DNA of 64,000 nucleotides from an uncultured Chlamydiae bacterium (GCA_963830365.1 CAWHMU010000042.1:96001-160000); one strand, 5' to 3'. Positions 29,388-39,448 are shown, counted from the stretch's first letter. Made by a program: numbers and translations. The notes: generated by a model from the letters alone, not told the origin.

Positions 29388-31049
29388 TAAGCTCAGCAGA
29401 TGCAACATAGAAACACAGAGGCACAGCGGTCACAGAGAGTAAACGGGAGAACGACCAACGAGCTATTTCTTTCTCCGTGTCCTCTGTGTCTCTGTGTTTC
29501 AAATAGGTGAGAGACAAAATTTGCGGAGAGCAAACGGGAAGAACAAGCGACTAAGCTCAGCAGATGCAACATAGAAACACAGAGGCACAGCGGTTACAGA
29601 GAATAAACGGGAGAACGACCAGCTAAGTTCAATAGGCGCAGCATAGTGGTTTCTTTCTCCGTGTCCTCTGTGTCTCTGTGTTTCAAATAGGTGAGAGACA
29701 AAATTTGCGGAAAGCAAACGGGAAGAACAAGCAACTAAGCTCAGCAGATGCAACATAGAAACACAGAGGCACAGAGGTCACAGAGAGTAAACGGGAGAAC
29801 GACCAACGAAGTATAATAGGCGCAGCATAGCTATTTCTTTTCTCCGTGTCCTCTGTGTCTCTGTGTTTCAAATAGGTAAGAGACAAGATTTGCGGAGAGC
29901 AAGCGGGAAGAACAAGCGACTAAGCTCAGCAGATGCAACATAGAAACACAGAGGCACAGAGGTCACAGAGAGCAAACGGGAGAACGACCAACGAGCTATT
30001 TCTTTTCTCCGTGTCCTCTGTGTCTCTGTGTTTCAAATAGGTGAGAGACAAAATTTGCGGAAAGCAAACGGGAAGAACAAGCGACTAAGCTCAGCAGATG
30101 CAACATAGAAACACAGAGGCACAGAGGTCACAGAGAGCAAACGGGAGAACGACCAACGAGCTATTTCTTTTCTCCGTGTCCTCTGTGTCTCTGTGTTTCA
30201 AATAGGTAAGAGACAAAATTTGCGGAAAGCAAACGGGAAGAACAAGCGACTAAGCTCAGCAGATGCAACATAGAAACACAGAGGCACAGAGGTCACAAAG
30301 AGCAAACGGGAGAACGACCAACGAGCTATTTCTTTTCTCCGTGTCCTCTGTGTCTCTGTGTTTCAAATAGGTAAGAGACAAGATTTGCGGAGAGCAAGCG
30401 GGAAGAACAAGCGACTAAGCTCAGCAGATGCAACATAGAAACACAGAGGCACAGAGGTCACAGAGAGCAAACGGGAGAACGACCAACGAGCTATTTCTTT
30501 TCTCCGTGTCCTCTGTGTCTCTGTGTTTCAAATAGGTAAGAGACAAGATTTGCGGAGAGCAAGCGGGAAGAACAAGCGACTAAGCTCAGCAGATGCAACA
30601 TAGAAACACAGAGGCACAGAGAGCAAACGGGAGAACGACCAACGAGCTATTTCTTTCTCCGTGTCCTCTGTGTCTCTGTGTTTCAAATAGGTAAGAGACA
30701 AGATTTGCGGAGAGCAAGCGGGAAGAACAAGCGACTAAGCTCAGCAGATGCAACATAGAAACACAGAGGCACAGAGGTCACAGAGAGCAAACGGGAGAAC
30801 GACCAACGAGCTATTTCTTTTCTCCGTGTCCTCTGTGTCTCTGTGTTTCAAATAGGTGAGAGACAAAATTTGCGGAAAGCAAACGGGAAGAACAAGCAAC
30901 TAAGCTCAGCAGATGCAACATAGAAACACAGAGGCACAGAGGTCACAGAGAGCAAACGGGAGAACGACCAACGAGCTATTTCTTTTCTCCGTGTCCTCTG
31001 TGTCTCTGTGTTTCAAATAGGTAAGAGACAAGATTTACAGAGAGTAAGC
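29388..31049 (+). repeat. Tandem array of 10 hairpin units (mostly 165 bp)
   Basis: taagctcagcagatgcaacatag recurs at 29388, 29552, 29736, 29921, 30086, 30251, 30416, 30581, 30736 and 30901; each unit has an internal inverted repeat (29 bp in full-length units). Confidence 0.97.
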
Positions 31050-31427
31050 ATGGAGAACCACCAATTAACTCAGGCCATTATTGGAGCTGCTATCGAAGTT
31101 CACAAGCGGCTGGGGCCAGGGTTACTTGAATCGGCATATAGAGCATGTTTGGCGTATGAGTTGAGAAAGGGCGGGTTTGATGTCATAGAAGAAAAACCAG
31201 TTCCTGTGTTTTATGATGAAGTGCAATTGGAATGCGGCTTTCGGGCTGACTTGTTAGTCAATAAATTGATCATAGTGGAATTGAAGGCGAAAAGTGCAGT
31301 TCATCCTGTCGATAAGGCTCAGACCCTCTCGCATTTGCGATTGCTGAATTTACGCGTTGGATTACTGATTAATTTTCATGAAGAGAAATTGGTTGATGGC
31401 ATTCATAGGATCATAAACGGGTATTAA
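31050..31427 (+). CDS. GxxExxY protein (PD-(D/E)XK nuclease superfamily)
   Basis: IIGAAIEVHKRLGPGLLESAY (GxxExxY), RADLLV...IVELKA and GLLINF motifs; 125 aa. Confidence 0.95.
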   Translation: MENHQLTQAIIGAAIEVHKRLGPGLLESAYRACLAYELRKGGFDVIEEKPVPVFYDEVQLECGFRADLLVNKLIIVELKAKSAVHPVDKAQTLSHLRLLNLRVGLLINFHEEKLVDGIHRIINGY

Positions 31428-31431
31428 TGTG

Positions 31432-31626
31432 CTCTGTGTTTCAAATAGGTAAGAGACAAGATTTGCGGAGAGCAAACGGGCAGAACAAGCAACTAAGCTC
31501 AGCAGATGCAACATAGAAACACAGAGGTCACAGAGAGCAAACGGGAGAACGACCAACGAAGTTCAGTCGGTGTAGTATAGCTATTTCTTTCTCCGTGTCC
31601 TCATGTGTCTCTGTGTTTCAAATAGG
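31432..31626 (+). repeat. Continuation of the array after the GxxExxY gene (partial unit plus unit 11)
   Basis: ctctgtgtttcaaataggtaagagacaagattt resumes a few bp after the stop; unit start at 31494. Confidence 0.95.
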
Positions 31627-31665
31627 GTTGAGTCAAACTAAATTGAATGAAATAGGCCGACTATT

Positions 31666-32223
31666 ATGAATCACAATTATAAGCTGTCCAGAGATCAATG
31701 CGCCCTGCTGGTTATCGATGTGCAGGAAAAGCTGTTCCCTTATGTGGAAAATTCGTGCCATGTGATGCAGGCCATACAAAAAGCTGTGCGGGGCTTTCAA
31801 ATTTTGGGGTTGCCCATTTTTGCCACCGAACAATATCCGCAAGGCTTGGGTTCTACGGTGGGTCCATTGAAAGGGTTATTAGGTGAAAAGCAGCATTACT
31901 TCACCAAGACGGCTTTTTCCTGTCTGGACGATGCCGGCATTAAAAAGGATTTATTGCTGGCGCCGGTGCAGCAATGGATTGTGCTGGGTATCGAGGCGCA
32001 TGTGTGTGTGCTGCAAACGGCTAAGGACTTATTGGAGATGGGCAAGCAAGTGGTCGTGCTTAATGATGCCATCAGTTCGCGTTCCATCTACGACTTCTCA
32101 ACCGCCATTGCCGAAATGCGCGATTGTGGCGCCCGCATCAGCAGCACAGAGACAGTGCTCTTTGAATTATTGCGCCATTCCAAGGCCTCGGAATTCAAAG
32201 AAATCAGTCAACTGATCAAATAA
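31666..32223 (+). CDS. Isochorismatase-family hydrolase
   Basis: LLVIDVQEKL, TEQYPQGLG.T and GIEAHVCVLQT motifs. Confidence 0.92.
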   Translation: MNHNYKLSRDQCALLVIDVQEKLFPYVENSCHVMQAIQKAVRGFQILGLPIFATEQYPQGLGSTVGPLKGLLGEKQHYFTKTAFSCLDDAGIKKDLLLAPVQQWIVLGIEAHVCVLQTAKDLLEMGKQVVVLNDAISSRSIYDFSTAIAEMRDCGARISSTETVLFELLRHSKASEFKEISQLIK

Positions 32224-32226
32224 TTA

Positions 32227-34024
32227 ATGAAGCGTTTCCCCAATTTCTTCGCCAAGCTCTGTGCCTGTGTGGTCATTCTTTCCATGACCAGCTGGAAAGA
32301 CTGTGCCATTGCCTTGCATGATATCTCGGGTGATGCTTTGAATGATGCTTTGAGTGATGAGCAAATCAGCAAGCGCGTGCATGCCCATATGGTCATTGGC
32401 GACCACTTGACGGCGGCACAGGAAGCGTTTTCCGGACTGCAGCGACACCCCACTTCCAAACTGCTCTGGCAGGCATCGCTCAGGGCCCTTGCCAGGACGG
32501 GCGATGAAAAAGCGCTGATGGCGCATTGGCGTAGCTATGTGGAGAAATTTCCGGCAGAGCGCAGCGACCGGGAAATTCTTGAATGTCTGGCCTGGGCGGT
32601 GATTGATAAGGGTTTCCGCCTCATCGACGCCAGTCATCCGTGTGACGGCGCTGCTTGGAGCTTTTTTTAGTCAGGATGTTAAAGGGGTAGCCATTTTGTT
32701 GCAGGGACTGCGCGATGAGCATGCCCTTTTGCGCGCCGCGGCCATCAAGCTGGCATCAATGCTGTTTGACAGTTCGCTGCAAGAAGAGATATTGCGCCTT
32801 TTGCGTAGCGAGAAAGTGTGGAATGTCAGGCTGGGCGCTATTAATGCCGCCGGCAAGATGCGCATGCGGCCGGCGCGAAGTGATCTTATGAAAATCATCG
32901 GACAGGACAATATCCATATTGAAGAGAAGACTGCTGCCATTCAAGCGCTTGTCACCCTTTCTGACGAAGTGGAAAAAGAACACCTGGCGCATTTGGTGCA
33001 AAGCGACCGCGTAGGCATGCGTCTGTTGGCATGTGAATTGGTGGCCCATTATGAACAGGTGGAAGATATCGATATGCTCTATCCGCTGCTTAACGACTAC
33101 CATGCCGATGTGCGCGCCAAGGTCTTGGAAATACTCGGGCGGCTGCGTGTCGACACCATCGCCGGCCAAGGCGTTGAGGCTTTAGCCGCCGGCCGCCTTA
33201 CCGATCCCGATCCGCTGGTCGGCGTCACAGCCGCCTGGGTGCTCACGCTAAATGATCAGAAAAATGGACAGGCTGCATTTGCCAATCTTTTGCGCCACCC
33301 TCTGCCTCAGGTGCGCCATCTGGCCGCCGCGGCTTTGGCTGCCAGTGGGAAATATGGCTTGCCGTTGACGGCCGAAGCTTTTAAAGAGCAATCTGATCCC
33401 TACACCAAAATGAATCTGGCTTTAGGATTGATAGGTCAGCGCACGGATACGAAACTTGCTTGCGATTGCTTGTTTAACGGCTTGGCTCAGCAGAAAGAGC
33501 GATGGGCATGGAAAAATGAGGGTAATTTCCGCATGCTGGCGCCAAGCAAACTCAAGCATGACGACGCCATCCCCAACTACCCCGAAGCCGTCAACCAGCT
33601 GACCCGCCTTGAGGTGCTGGAAGTGTTGGCGGTGGCCCACTATCCCCAAGCCCAACAGGCGATAAAAAAATTCTTGCAGGAAAGCAACTGGGGTATCACC
33701 GGTCTTGCGGCCGCTTTGCTGCTGACCGAAGGGGATGAGGAGGCTGTCGATTTGGTCAAAGGCCTGCTGACAGATCCCGATCACAAGGTTAAAGTGCAGG
33801 CGGCCTTGATTTTGGCGCTTTGGGGCAGGGGGGAAGATACCGTTGTCCTGCTGCAAGAAGCTTATTCAGGCGCAGACAGGGAGCTTAAGGGGCAGATTTT
33901 AGAGGGTATAGGCAGGGTGGGATCGCCCTCTTCCTTGCCATTTCTGGCCGAGCGGTTGCAAGAGCCCTTTCAAAGCCTGCGCATCATTGCCGCCGCGGCG
34001 CTGCTGGAATGTTTGTATCATTAA
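32227..34024 (+). pseudogene. HEAT-repeat protein split by an apparent 1-nt frameshift near 32613
   Basis: ORFs 32227-32670 and 32603-34024 join seamlessly (VIDKG-SASSTPVIRVTA) if one T is removed from GGTTTCC; HEAT-like repeats follow. Confidence 0.7.
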
Positions 34025-34105
34025 CGAAAGAGATTGAATCATGGCGTTTTGATTAAAAAGATTTGATGAACCATTCAGTGGTGACAACTTAAGAGCCACA
34101 AAAAT

Positions 34106-34217
34106 AACAAGATTTTATGATGATCAGGATAAAAAAAATCGGCGAAACGTCATTGTCATTTCTTGGTCACTTCTTGGCGAAAAATTCCTCTCATCCGGAC
34201 CATCCTAAAATCCTGTT
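34106..34217. repeat. ACAGGAT/ATCCTGT-type inverted repeat
   Basis: aacaagattttatgatgatcaggat ... atccggaccatcctaaaatcctgtt. Confidence 0.65.
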
Positions 34218-34343
34218 TTTTCTGCGCTGTCTATCAAATCTTTTTAATCAAATGACCTTGGAGAGTGAATCATATAGACAGCTGATAATCGGCGTGTTAA
34301 AATCCTTCTATTGCTTTTACTAAAATGTTGAAGAATTGCGGTT

Positions 34344-35051
34344 ATGAAAAAAACTATTGTCTATTTGCTGACTCTTTATCTGACGTTTTCCGGTTATGCC
34401 TTTACGATTCCTGTAGATTGCAGTCAATATGTTCAAGACGAGGCCGTACTTATTACGCAAGTGGACAAAAATAGTCTGTTGAAAGAGATGGTGATCAATC
34501 AAGTTCTCAGCTTGCAGCATTCTTTAGTTATCGATGTGCAGCAGCCGTTGTCCAAAGAGAAGCAAAAACATGGATTTTTACTCATCCAAACGACTCCTGA
34601 TTATGTTAGAAATCTCTTGGAAGAAAAAGAGGGGATGATCGTTGCAGCCTATCAAGCGCAGTCTTTAGTGGGATATGTTATATTAGTCGCTATTTCCGAA
34701 TTTAAGGAATTGTACCGGCATAAGAGCATCGGATATTTGGAAACAGAATGTCATGTAACAGCTTTCAATGAAATCCTTTCAAAGAATGGTGTGGGGTATA
34801 TCGAACAGATTGCAGTCAAATGCGAATATGCAAAAAAGGGCATTGGCAGGCAACTTGTCAATGTCTGCAAGGAATTAAGGCCGAATGGATTGGTGGCTGA
34901 TGTCTTCGTTACTCCCGTGACCAACACAGCCTCGTTGCAATTTTTTTCATTACTGGGTTTTAAAGCATTCGGCATTCTGCACCAAAGACCGACAGTCAAA
35001 TTCCCTGCCGCCCATCAGACCCAAGTGTTTTTGTGGGGTCAAACGCTCTAA
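34344..35051 (+). CDS. GNAT-family acetyltransferase with signal-like N-terminus
   Basis: IAV..EYAKKGIGRQL acetyl-CoA motif; N.AS..FF..LGF motif. Confidence 0.8.
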   Translation: MKKTIVYLLTLYLTFSGYAFTIPVDCSQYVQDEAVLITQVDKNSLLKEMVINQVLSLQHSLVIDVQQPLSKEKQKHGFLLIQTTPDYVRNLLEEKEGMIVAAYQAQSLVGYVILVAISEFKELYRHKSIGYLETECHVTAFNEILSKNGVGYIEQIAVKCEYAKKGIGRQLVNVCKELRPNGLVADVFVTPVTNTASLQFFSLLGFKAFGILHQRPTVKFPAAHQTQVFLWGQTL

Positions 35052-35064
35052 AATTTGAGGTATC

Positions 35065-36789
35065 GTGTCTCGTTTGTTGCTTAATAAAATGTGTCTTAGC
35101 GGCTTTGTCTTTGCGGTGATGCTAGGCCTTTGGGAGCTGGCTGCCCGGTCTTATGCCAGCCTGCAATTTATGCTGCCGGCGCCATCGAAAATTGTTTTTA
35201 TACTTTGGCTGCATGCCGATCGGTTTGCCTTGCACACCTTCGCGACGCTACAGGAGATGGCAGGAGGTTTTGCCTTGGCTTTTGCATGTTCTTTTCCCTT
35301 GGCCTGGCTGATGGCTTTTTATGGCCCCTTGCGCGCGATTTTGCAGCCTATGTTTGTGGCCATCCAATGCGTGCCGATGTTTGCTTTAGCGCCCCTGATG
35401 GTGCTATGGTTTGGCTGGTCCTTTACGGCCATTATTGTGCCAACAGCGCTGATGATTTTCTTTCCGCTGACCATCAATATATACCAGGGTTTATGCGCTA
35501 CTCCCAGGCATTTGTTGGAGTTCTTCCGCCTGCATGAGGCCACCGCCTGGCAGACATTTTTTAAGCTGCAGCTGCCGTGGGCCCTCCCCCATATTTTTGC
35601 CGGTTTCCGCATCGCCGTGGCGCTGGCCGGCATTGGAGCCGTGGCCGGCGAGTGGGCCGGCGCGCAGAAAGGGCTGGGCATCCTCATGCTGGAAAGCCGC
35701 CGCTCGGTAGATATGGAGATGATGTTCGGTGCCCTGGTATGTGTGACAGCCCTGAGCTTGCTGTTTTATGGATTGACGGCATTTCTGGAGGCTAGGGTTG
35801 AGAAACGGCAGCATAGGAAACGATCCGCAGGTGGTTTGGCGGCAGTTCTGGCAGTGTTGAGTTTGTTTTTTAGCGGCTGCCAGCCCAGTGAACCGCGTGC
35901 GCGTGAAACGACCATCATTTTGGACTGGCTGCCAAATCCGGATCACGTCTCCCTTTATGCGGGAGTAGAGCGCGGTTTTTTTGCCCAGCAGGGTATAGAC
36001 CTTAAGATTTATAAATTGGCCGATCCCGGCGACAGCGTGCCCTATTTGTCTTCAAGGCAAGTCGATTTATGCCTCACCTATATGCCCCATACCCTGCAAG
36101 CCTTGGCCAAAGGAGCGCCGGTGGTGCCGATCGGCATTCTCGTTCAGCAGCCGCTTAACGCCCTGATCTTTCGCAGCGATGAAAATATCAAGACACCCAA
36201 AGATTTGAATGATAAGATCATCGGCTATAGTGTCGATGGCTATCACACTAAATTTCTGGAAGCCATATTAGACAATCAGCAGGTGCAGCCGAAAGCCTTG
36301 CAAAATGCCAGTTTTGACCTTGTCGGCATGCTGGCCACCAAGCATGTGGATGTGATCTATGGGGCCTATTGGAATATTGAAAGCGAAAACCTGCGCGCCT
36401 ATGGGACAGAGACCGAACATTTTCCTTTGAGCGATTTCGGCGTACCGCCATATCACGAGCTGATTGTGCTTGCCCACCGGCAAAGTATTGAGGCAAAACC
36501 TGAATTTATAGCCGCCTTTCAAAGGGCCTTGCAGCAGAGCATCGATTTTTCCAAGGAATATCCAAAAGAAGCTTTCGCCGCCTATATCCAGGCCAACCCC
36601 GATAAAAGCCAGAACACCCGGCAATGGGAGTGGCAGGCTTGGTTAAAAACCATTCCTACGCTAGCCACCCATCAGCTCATCGACCCCGCTTTGTGGAACC
36701 AGTTTATTGACTGGCTGATTGCCAAGCAACTCCTCGATCCGGAGGCAAGAGCCGCCTTGGTGATGCCTTTAATATATAGTGGCAGCTAG
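35065..36789 (+). CDS. Fused ABC permease and NMT1/THI5-like substrate-binding protein (ThiX-ThiY-like)
   Basis: N-half TauC/SsuC-type permease (LP.ALP.IFAG.R, GAVAGEW.G...GLG); C-half LDWLPNPDH...Y.G.E.GFF. Confidence 0.85.
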   Translation: MSRLLLNKMCLSGFVFAVMLGLWELAARSYASLQFMLPAPSKIVFILWLHADRFALHTFATLQEMAGGFALAFACSFPLAWLMAFYGPLRAILQPMFVAIQCVPMFALAPLMVLWFGWSFTAIIVPTALMIFFPLTINIYQGLCATPRHLLEFFRLHEATAWQTFFKLQLPWALPHIFAGFRIAVALAGIGAVAGEWAGAQKGLGILMLESRRSVDMEMMFGALVCVTALSLLFYGLTAFLEARVEKRQHRKRSAGGLAAVLAVLSLFFSGCQPSEPRARETTIILDWLPNPDHVSLYAGVERGFFAQQGIDLKIYKLADPGDSVPYLSSRQVDLCLTYMPHTLQALAKGAPVVPIGILVQQPLNALIFRSDENIKTPKDLNDKIIGYSVDGYHTKFLEAILDNQQVQPKALQNASFDLVGMLATKHVDVIYGAYWNIESENLRAYGTETEHFPLSDFGVPPYHELIVLAHRQSIEAKPEFIAAFQRALQQSIDFSKEYPKEAFAAYIQANPDKSQNTRQWEWQAWLKTIPTLATHQLIDPALWNQFIDWLIAKQLLDPEARAALVMPLIYSGS

Positions 36790-36864
36790 TGAGAATTTGA
36801 CATAAATGCGTTTTTTTTCTATGTTGGCCGATCTTTATCAATCACAACCAATTACATTCATTAT

Positions 36865-37764
36865 ATGCTAAAAAGTATGACGGCCTATGGGCGTGCCAGC
36901 CAGGTTTCGGCGGTTGGACGGCTGACGGTGGAATTGCAGTGTGTGAACCGCAAACATCTGGAAATAAGCACTTTCCTGCCAAAAGAACTGCTGCGTTACG
37001 ATGCTGACATCAAGAAATGGATTGCTGCCGCCGTGGGGCGCGGCCTGGTCAATGTTAAGCTAAATGTCGTTTTTGACCGGATAAGTCCATTGGTCGTGAC
37101 ACCTAACCTGGCTTTGGCAAGGCAAATCAAAGTTGCTTGGCAGGAGCTGGCCCAAGATTTAGATGTGGCGCTCAGCGAGGATAGCCTGTTAAAGATTTTA
37201 TCCCGTGAAGACAACATCTTGCTGTATGATGAAGATATCCATGATGAAGATAAATATCGCCAGGCGCTGCATGAAGTCATCGCGCAAGCTTTGCGCAACT
37301 TGATGGCCATGAAAACAGCCGAAGGAAATGTCCTTTATCAAGATATCGCTCAGCGCTTTGCCAAGCTGGCAGAATGGATCAAAGAGATCGCCGTCAAGGC
37401 ACAGGGCGCCACCGGACGCTATCGGCAGCGCCTGTTGGAGCGCTTGCAGGAAGTGCTGCAGGCCAGCCTTGAAAACGAAGAGCGCGTGTTGCGCGAAGTC
37501 TGCGTGTATGCCGAAAAGATCGATATCGCCGAAGAACTGACGCGCTTTGATTCCCACCTGCAGCAGGTCAATGAGCTGCTGCGCGTCGACCGCCAAGCCG
37601 GTAATCAGGGCGTTGGCAAAACACTGGAATTTCTGGTGCAGGAGCTTAACCGCGAGACCAATACCATAGGCTCCAAGTCTGCCGATGTGGAAGTTTCCCA
37701 TCTGGTGATCGAAATAAAGAGCGAATTGGAAAGGATTCGCGAGCAAATCCAAAATATCGAGTGA
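36865..37764 (+). CDS. yicC: YicC/YloC-family endoribonuclease
   Basis: SMTAYGR, DIAEELTR, E.NRETNTIGSK and REQIQNIE motifs. Confidence 0.93.
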   Translation: MLKSMTAYGRASQVSAVGRLTVELQCVNRKHLEISTFLPKELLRYDADIKKWIAAAVGRGLVNVKLNVVFDRISPLVVTPNLALARQIKVAWQELAQDLDVALSEDSLLKILSREDNILLYDEDIHDEDKYRQALHEVIAQALRNLMAMKTAEGNVLYQDIAQRFAKLAEWIKEIAVKAQGATGRYRQRLLERLQEVLQASLENEERVLREVCVYAEKIDIAEELTRFDSHLQQVNELLRVDRQAGNQGVGKTLEFLVQELNRETNTIGSKSADVEVSHLVIEIKSELERIREQIQNIE

Positions 37765-38357
37765 TCATGACATTGCGGCTATTGGGTAATTTAAAGCGCG
37801 GCCTGCTATTTATTTTAAGCGCTCCGGCAGGCACCGGCAAAACGACCCTGGTGGAGATGCTTTGCGATGAATTTCCCTGTGTCGTCGCCAGCGTCTCCTG
37901 TACCACTCGCCTGCCGCGCCAAGGGGAAAAAGACGGCCAGCATTATCAATTCCTGAGCCTGCAAGAATTTGAGCGGCGTATCGCCCGGGATGAGTTTCTC
38001 GAATATGTGCAGCTGTATGGGGATTATTATGGCACCTGCCGTCTATGGGTCGAGGCACAGCTAGCGCATGGCAAGCATGTGATGCTGGTGATCGACACGC
38101 AAGGAGCCAAGCTGCTGAAGGGCAAGTTGCCGTTGGTCACCATCTTTGTGGCACCGCCTTCGCTGGAGGAGCTGGCCAAACGCCTGACCCAGCGCCGCAC
38201 GGAATCGTCAGAAAATATTGATAAACGGCTGCAATGGGCCAAACACGAGCTTGATGCCCGAGGAGCTTATGATTATGGCATTGTCAATGACGATCTCGCT
38301 ACAGCATATCAAGCTTTGCGCAGTATTCTTATTGCAGAAGAACACCGAGTTCGGTAA
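37761..38357 (+). CDS. gmk: Guanylate kinase
   Basis: SAPAGTGKTT, TTR.PR.GE.DG and IDTQGA motifs. Confidence 0.96.
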   Translation: MIMTLRLLGNLKRGLLFILSAPAGTGKTTLVEMLCDEFPCVVASVSCTTRLPRQGEKDGQHYQFLSLQEFERRIARDEFLEYVQLYGDYYGTCRLWVEAQLAHGKHVMLVIDTQGAKLLKGKLPLVTIFVAPPSLEELAKRLTQRRTESSENIDKRLQWAKHELDARGAYDYGIVNDDLATAYQALRSILIAEEHRVR

Positions 38358-38396
38358 AATGGAAAATTGCTATTGTCGCTACTAAGGAGAAAAAGT

Positions 38397-38717
38397 ATGG
38401 AGCAGAAAGATTACTTGACCAACGAAAAAGTATGTAAGAAGTTCAAAAGTCAATTCGACTTGGTTAACTATGCGATAAGGCTCGCTACCAATATGATTGG
38501 TACAGGCAGGGAAAGCCGCGTGAATGTAGGCTCCCAAAACCGTGCCTTGCAGGTGCTGGGTGAGATAATCCAGGATAAAGACCGTTTCGATGAAATCATC
38601 GCTCCTGCTGAATCAGCCTCAAGCGAAGGCAGGCATTACACTAATCATGAAGAACATGCTGCTGTAGCTGCTAAGACGACAGAACGCAAAAAGAGCCGCA
38701 AGATCCTCGCCGATTAA
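38397..38717 (+). CDS. rpoZ: RNA polymerase omega-like protein
   Basis: Follows gmk; LTNE...KFKSQFDLVNYAI motif; AGGAG RBS. Confidence 0.65.
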   Translation: MEQKDYLTNEKVCKKFKSQFDLVNYAIRLATNMIGTGRESRVNVGSQNRALQVLGEIIQDKDRFDEIIAPAESASSEGRHYTNHEEHAAVAAKTTERKKSRKILAD

Positions 38718-38779
38718 ATACAGACATATGAACTGTGCAGAGTAATTTGCACAGTTCCTTAAATTATTTGAGAGCCTTC

Positions 38780-39448
38780 ATGAACCAGGCCCTGCTAGCA
38801 ACAGTCAGCAGCACCGATGTTGCTCTTTTCGGCATTTTAATTCTTGTCGTTTTCCTATTCTTCTTTGCCCTTTGCGTCTTTGGATATTGGCTAAGCTGTC
38901 GTCCCGATAGTGTTAGTCCTTACACCCGCCTGCCTATGCGGCGCGGCATGGAAATTTCCTTTTATGCCAGGCAGCAGGTGCTGCGTTTCCTGTATGATAT
39001 GCTGCAGTATGACAATCGCATCTTTGAATTCAAGCGCGCTGCCGTATGCCGTGAAACCGGGCGTATCTTCCCCAATGCAATTGCATGGTATGGCAAGATA
39101 AAGCTGGATTGGACATTTTTGCAAAAGCGCCATCCGGGTACATATGTTTCTTGGGGCAGCCTCACGGCAGATCAGCAGGAAGTAGTGCGAGCCTCTCACG
39201 ATACGCTGGCGGGGTTTCAAGTCGAATTCTCATCCCACGTCATTCAGCCCAAGGGCATAGAGGCCAAATATGCCTTTGCCAAGCCCGGCCCGCTGTATGT
39301 CGATATCAACACCCATGTGCTGCTGGGATGGAAATGCGTGCCTGAAACTGAACTTGAAGTGTTGATCGTGCAAAAGCCGCTGAACCTCATTACGCTGTCG
39401 GTGGGGGACCTAATGGAGCCTAAACAAGAAGAGTCTAAGAAGAAATAG
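38780..39448 (+). CDS. Hypothetical protein with N-terminal TM helix
   Basis: Long ORF between rpoZ-like gene and metG; CRETGRIFP motif. Confidence 0.7.
   Translation: MNQALLATVSSTDVALFGILILVVFLFFFALCVFGYWLSCRPDSVSPYTRLPMRRGMEISFYARQQVLRFLYDMLQYDNRIFEFKRAAVCRETGRIFPNAIAWYGKIKLDWTFLQKRHPGTYVSWGSLTADQQEVVRASHDTLAGFQVEFSSHVIQPKGIEAKYAFAKPGPLYVDINTHVLLGWKCVPETELEVLIVQKPLNLITLSVGDLMEPKQEESKKK

Noticed and set aside
29317..29886. Short minus-strand ORFs within the array (also 31362-31556, 45440-45779, 56481-56806)
   Set aside because: They are translations of the repeat (HRDTEDTE-type peptides), interrupted by stops in other units, with no RBS support.
31008..31049. Longer 139-aa start for the GxxExxY gene
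   Set aside because: The extra 14 codons are repeat sequence; family-typical length and N-terminus fit ATG 31050.
29388..31626. CRISPR array
   Set aside because: Units are ~165 bp and nearly identical throughout with no unique spacers; the variable ~20-nt inserts are homologous to each other and to the GxxExxY start; no cas genes in the window.
29388..31626. Integron attC cassette array
   Set aside because: No integrase in the window, no clear RYYYAAC/GTTRRRY core sites, and units carry no diverse cargo genes.
32607..32620. Programmed -1 frameshift at G GGT TTC
   Set aside because: The downstream ORF is in the +1 frame, not -1.
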